Virus record (IMG/VR): IMGVR_UViG_3300045988_161152
Reading direction: 5' to 3' (one strand)
DNA from: a virus
Lineage: Duplodnaviria > Heunggongvirae > Uroviricota > Caudoviricetes
Length of the DNA: 64,000 bases
Part shown: positions 61,908 through 64,000 of the stretch, piece by piece
How positions within the stretch are numbered: the stretch's first letter is position 1
How the letters are laid out: each line of letters begins with the position of its first letter
Notes under the pieces: model-generated
Told to the model about the DNA's origin: nothing
Seen by the model: the letters and a program-made list of their open reading frames with translations, nothing else
Databases searched by the model: none
Made by a program: the position numbers and the translations under genes

Positions 61908-62325
61908 ATTAAGGGTTATTGAATATGATCAATTTACCTGTAAATCCATACAGTTCAATACCTTAGCAGGTCAAATAGTGACCACTTGATCATTTGATCA
62001 AGGTTGCGCTACGTAAAATCTGTGAAAAATTGGCGGTGTTAGTCCTACAGATTTCGCGTAGCGCACTTAGCACCACCAATCAATCAGAGGTGAAAAATGG
62101 GATATTCAACTGCTAAAGTGTCCACTCATCTTGAGCTTGAGAAAAACCGTGGTTACTGGCGGGCAAAAGGGTTTGATCGTGATAGTTGCCAACTGTCATT
62201 ATCGCGCGGTGAAGAGAAAATAGAACGCACGCGCGGTCGCTGGCGTTTCTATGACGAGAACCATAAACAGGTAAAGGCAGAGCCGATCCTGTACACTTTA
62301 CTTAAAACCATTATCTGAGTGTTAA

Positions 62326-63357
62326 ATGTCCAATTTACTGACCGTACACCAAAATTTGCCTGCATTACCGGTCGATGCAACGAGTGATGAGGTTCGCAAG
62401 AACCTGATGGACATGTTCAGGGATCGCCAGGCGTTTTCTGAGCATACCTGGAAAATGCTTCTGTCCGTTTGCCGGTCGTGGGCGGCATGGTGCAAGTTGA
62501 ATAACCGGAAATGGTTTCCCGCAGAACCTGAAGATGTTCGCGATTATCTTCTATATCTTCAGGCGCGCGGTCTGGCAGTAAAAACTATCCAGCAACATTT
62601 GGGCCAGCTAAACATGCTTCATCGTCGGTCCGGGCTGCCACGACCAAGTGACAGCAATGCTGTTTCACTGGTTATGCGGCGGATCCGAAAAGAAAACGTT
62701 GATGCCGGTGAACGTGCAAAACAGGCTCTAGCGTTCGAACGCACTGATTTCGACCAGGTTCGTTCACTCATGGAAAATAGCGATCGCTGCCAGGATATAC
62801 GTAATCTGGCATTTCTGGGGATTGCTTATAACACCCTGTTACGTATAGCCGAAATTGCCAGGATCAGGGTTAAAGATATCTCACGTACTGACGGTGGGAG
62901 AATGTTAATCCATATTGGCAGAACGAAAACGCTGGTTAGCACCGCAGGTGTAGAGAAGGCACTTAGCCTGGGGGTAACTAAACTGGTCGAGCGATGGATT
63001 TCCGTCTCTGGTGTAGCTGATGATCCGAATAACTACCTGTTTTGCCGGGTCAGAAAAAATGGTGTTGCCGCGCCATCTGCCACCAGCCAGCTATCAACTC
63101 GCGCCCTGGAAGGGATTTTTGAAGCAACTCATCGATTGATTTACGGCGCTAAGGATGACTCTGGTCAGAGATACCTGGCCTGGTCTGGACACAGTGCCCG
63201 TGTCGGAGCCGCGCGAGATATGGCCCGCGCTGGAGTTTCAATACCGGAGATCATGCAAGCTGGTGGCTGGACCAATGTAAATATTGTCATGAACTATATC
63301 CGTAACCTGGATAGTGAAACAGGGGCAATGGTGCGCCTGCTGGAAGATGGCGATTAG
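62326..63357 (+). CDS. cre: Cre tyrosine recombinase
   Basis: 343 aa, MSNLLTVHQNLPALPVDATSDEVRKNLMDMFRDRQAFSEHTWKMLLSVCRSWAAWCKLNNRKWFPAEPEDVRDYLLYLQARGLAV... Confidence 0.98.
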   Translation: MSNLLTVHQNLPALPVDATSDEVRKNLMDMFRDRQAFSEHTWKMLLSVCRSWAAWCKLNNRKWFPAEPEDVRDYLLYLQARGLAVKTIQQHLGQLNMLHRRSGLPRPSDSNAVSLVMRRIRKENVDAGERAKQALAFERTDFDQVRSLMENSDRCQDIRNLAFLGIAYNTLLRIAEIARIRVKDISRTDGGRMLIHIGRTKTLVSTAGVEKALSLGVTKLVERWISVSGVADDPNNYLFCRVRKNGVAAPSATSQLSTRALEGIFEATHRLIYGAKDDSGQRYLAWSGHSARVGAARDMARAGVSIPEIMQAGGWTNVNIVMNYIRNLDSETGAMVRLLEDGD

Positions 63358-63407
63358 CCATTAACGCGTAAATGATTGCTATAATTATTTGATATTTATG
63401 GTGACAT

Positions 63408-63719
63408 ATGAGAAAGGATTTCAACATCGACGGAAAATATGTAGTGCTGTCTGTAAGCACTAATATTCAGTCGCCAGCCGTCATTGTCACTGTAAAGCTG
63501 AGCGATAGAATGCCTGATATTGACTCAATATCCGTTGCGTTTCCTGTCAAAAGTATGCGTAGTGCTGAACATTTCGTGATGAATGCCACCGAGGAAGAAG
63601 CACGGCGCGGTTTTGCTAAAGTGATGTCTGAGTTTGGCGAACTCTTGGGTAAGGTTAACAATGTCCTTTCAATCAGTTCAGCAAGGTCCAAAGCGTTAAC
63701 AGCTTCCATGATGAAATAA
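63408..63719 (+). CDS. cra: Cre-associated small protein (P1 cra position)
   Basis: 103-aa ORF directly downstream of cre. Confidence 0.5.
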   Translation: MRKDFNIDGKYVVLSVSTNIQSPAVIVTVKLSDRMPDIDSISVAFPVKSMRSAEHFVMNATEEEARRGFAKVMSEFGELLGKVNNVLSISSARSKALTASMMK

Positions 63720-63724
63720 AAAAA

Positions 63725-63745
63725 AGCCTGGCAAGGAGCCAGGCT
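63725..63745 (-). terminator. intrinsic terminator oriented for minus-strand transcription
   Basis: A8 then hairpin AGCCTGGC-AAGGA-GCCAGGCT; on minus strand hairpin is followed by U8. Confidence 0.5.
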
Positions 63746-63850
63746 GCACAAAAGAGCGGGTTTGTATTCCGCATCCAATCAATCAAGAAGGAGTATAGCA
63801 CACAGGTACTGAAGTGAAAAAATGTGATTCGCGATAAACAAAATATCTAT

Positions 63851-63867
63851 CATTGCTCTAATTGATT
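63851..63867 (+). promoter_or_regulatory. C1 operator-like site next to a consensus -10 (TATAAT 63869-63874)
   Basis: attgctctaattgattg. Confidence 0.45.
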
Positions 63868-63935
63868 GCTATAATTGAGCCGCAGTTTTTGTCAACTACG
63901 AAGACGTTGCCATTACTTCACTCCTTGACATCATT

Positions 63936-63961
63936 GGCGGCCATTAGGCCGCCTTTTTTTT
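63936..63961 (+). terminator. intrinsic terminator (GGCGGCC-ATTA-GGCCGCC + T8)
   Basis: Perfect 7-bp GC stem followed by TTTTTTTT. Confidence 0.7.
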
Positions 63962-63965
63962 GCCA

Positions 63966-64000
63966 TATGAAAACAATCGAACAAAAAATTGAACAGTGCC
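63966..64000 (+). CDS. 5' end of a CDS running off the window (MKTIEQKIEQC...; P1 hxr/ref region)
   Basis: ATG 63966 directly after terminator; open to window end. Confidence 0.35.

Noticed and set aside
62097-62318. 73-aa ORF between loxP and cre
   Set aside because: No convincing SD and it occupies the known cre promoter/leader interval; kept as unproven rather than called.

Overview
This 64-kb window reads as most of a P1-like phage-plasmid (Punavirus-type) genome. All calls rest on reading the sequence and ORF translations by eye; no database search was run, and P1 gene names for uncharacterised ORFs are inferred from position only. From start to end: the 5' part of tail fibre gene S (running off the window start); a minus-strand tail/baseplate operon including the 1140-aa Sit transglycosylase; a two-gene envelope cassette; the immI locus (C1-operated promoter, c4-like RNA, icd, ant); a frameshifted kilA; repL; a hok/mok/sok-type toxin-antitoxin locus; head and sheath genes; parS-parB-parA; the RepA replicon with incA and incC iterons and a GATC/DnaA-box origin; the upfA-hrdC block; the bifunctional methyltransferase dmt; tRNA-Asn, tRNA-Thr and tRNA-Ile in a field of structured repeats; tciABC; ban; a second minus-strand baseplate block; a long C1-operated early operon; an AT-rich non-coding island; LexA-boxed humD with phd-doc; lpa; pacA carrying the pac hexamer cluster; pacB; c1-coi; loxP; cre; cra. 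At least 14 copies of the C1 operator motif are scattered through the window. Cre, Phd, Doc, RepA and C1 look P1-identical by eye, whereas ParA/ParB are clearly diverged, so the element is a mosaic P1 relative rather than P1 itself. No single obvious new system stands out; the best candidates for non-canonical content are the SlyB-like lipoprotein cassette next to immI, the hok/mok/sok locus, the tRNA-flanking structured repeat array, the AT-rich island with a toxin-like small ORF, and the tandemly triplicated gene families in the early operon.
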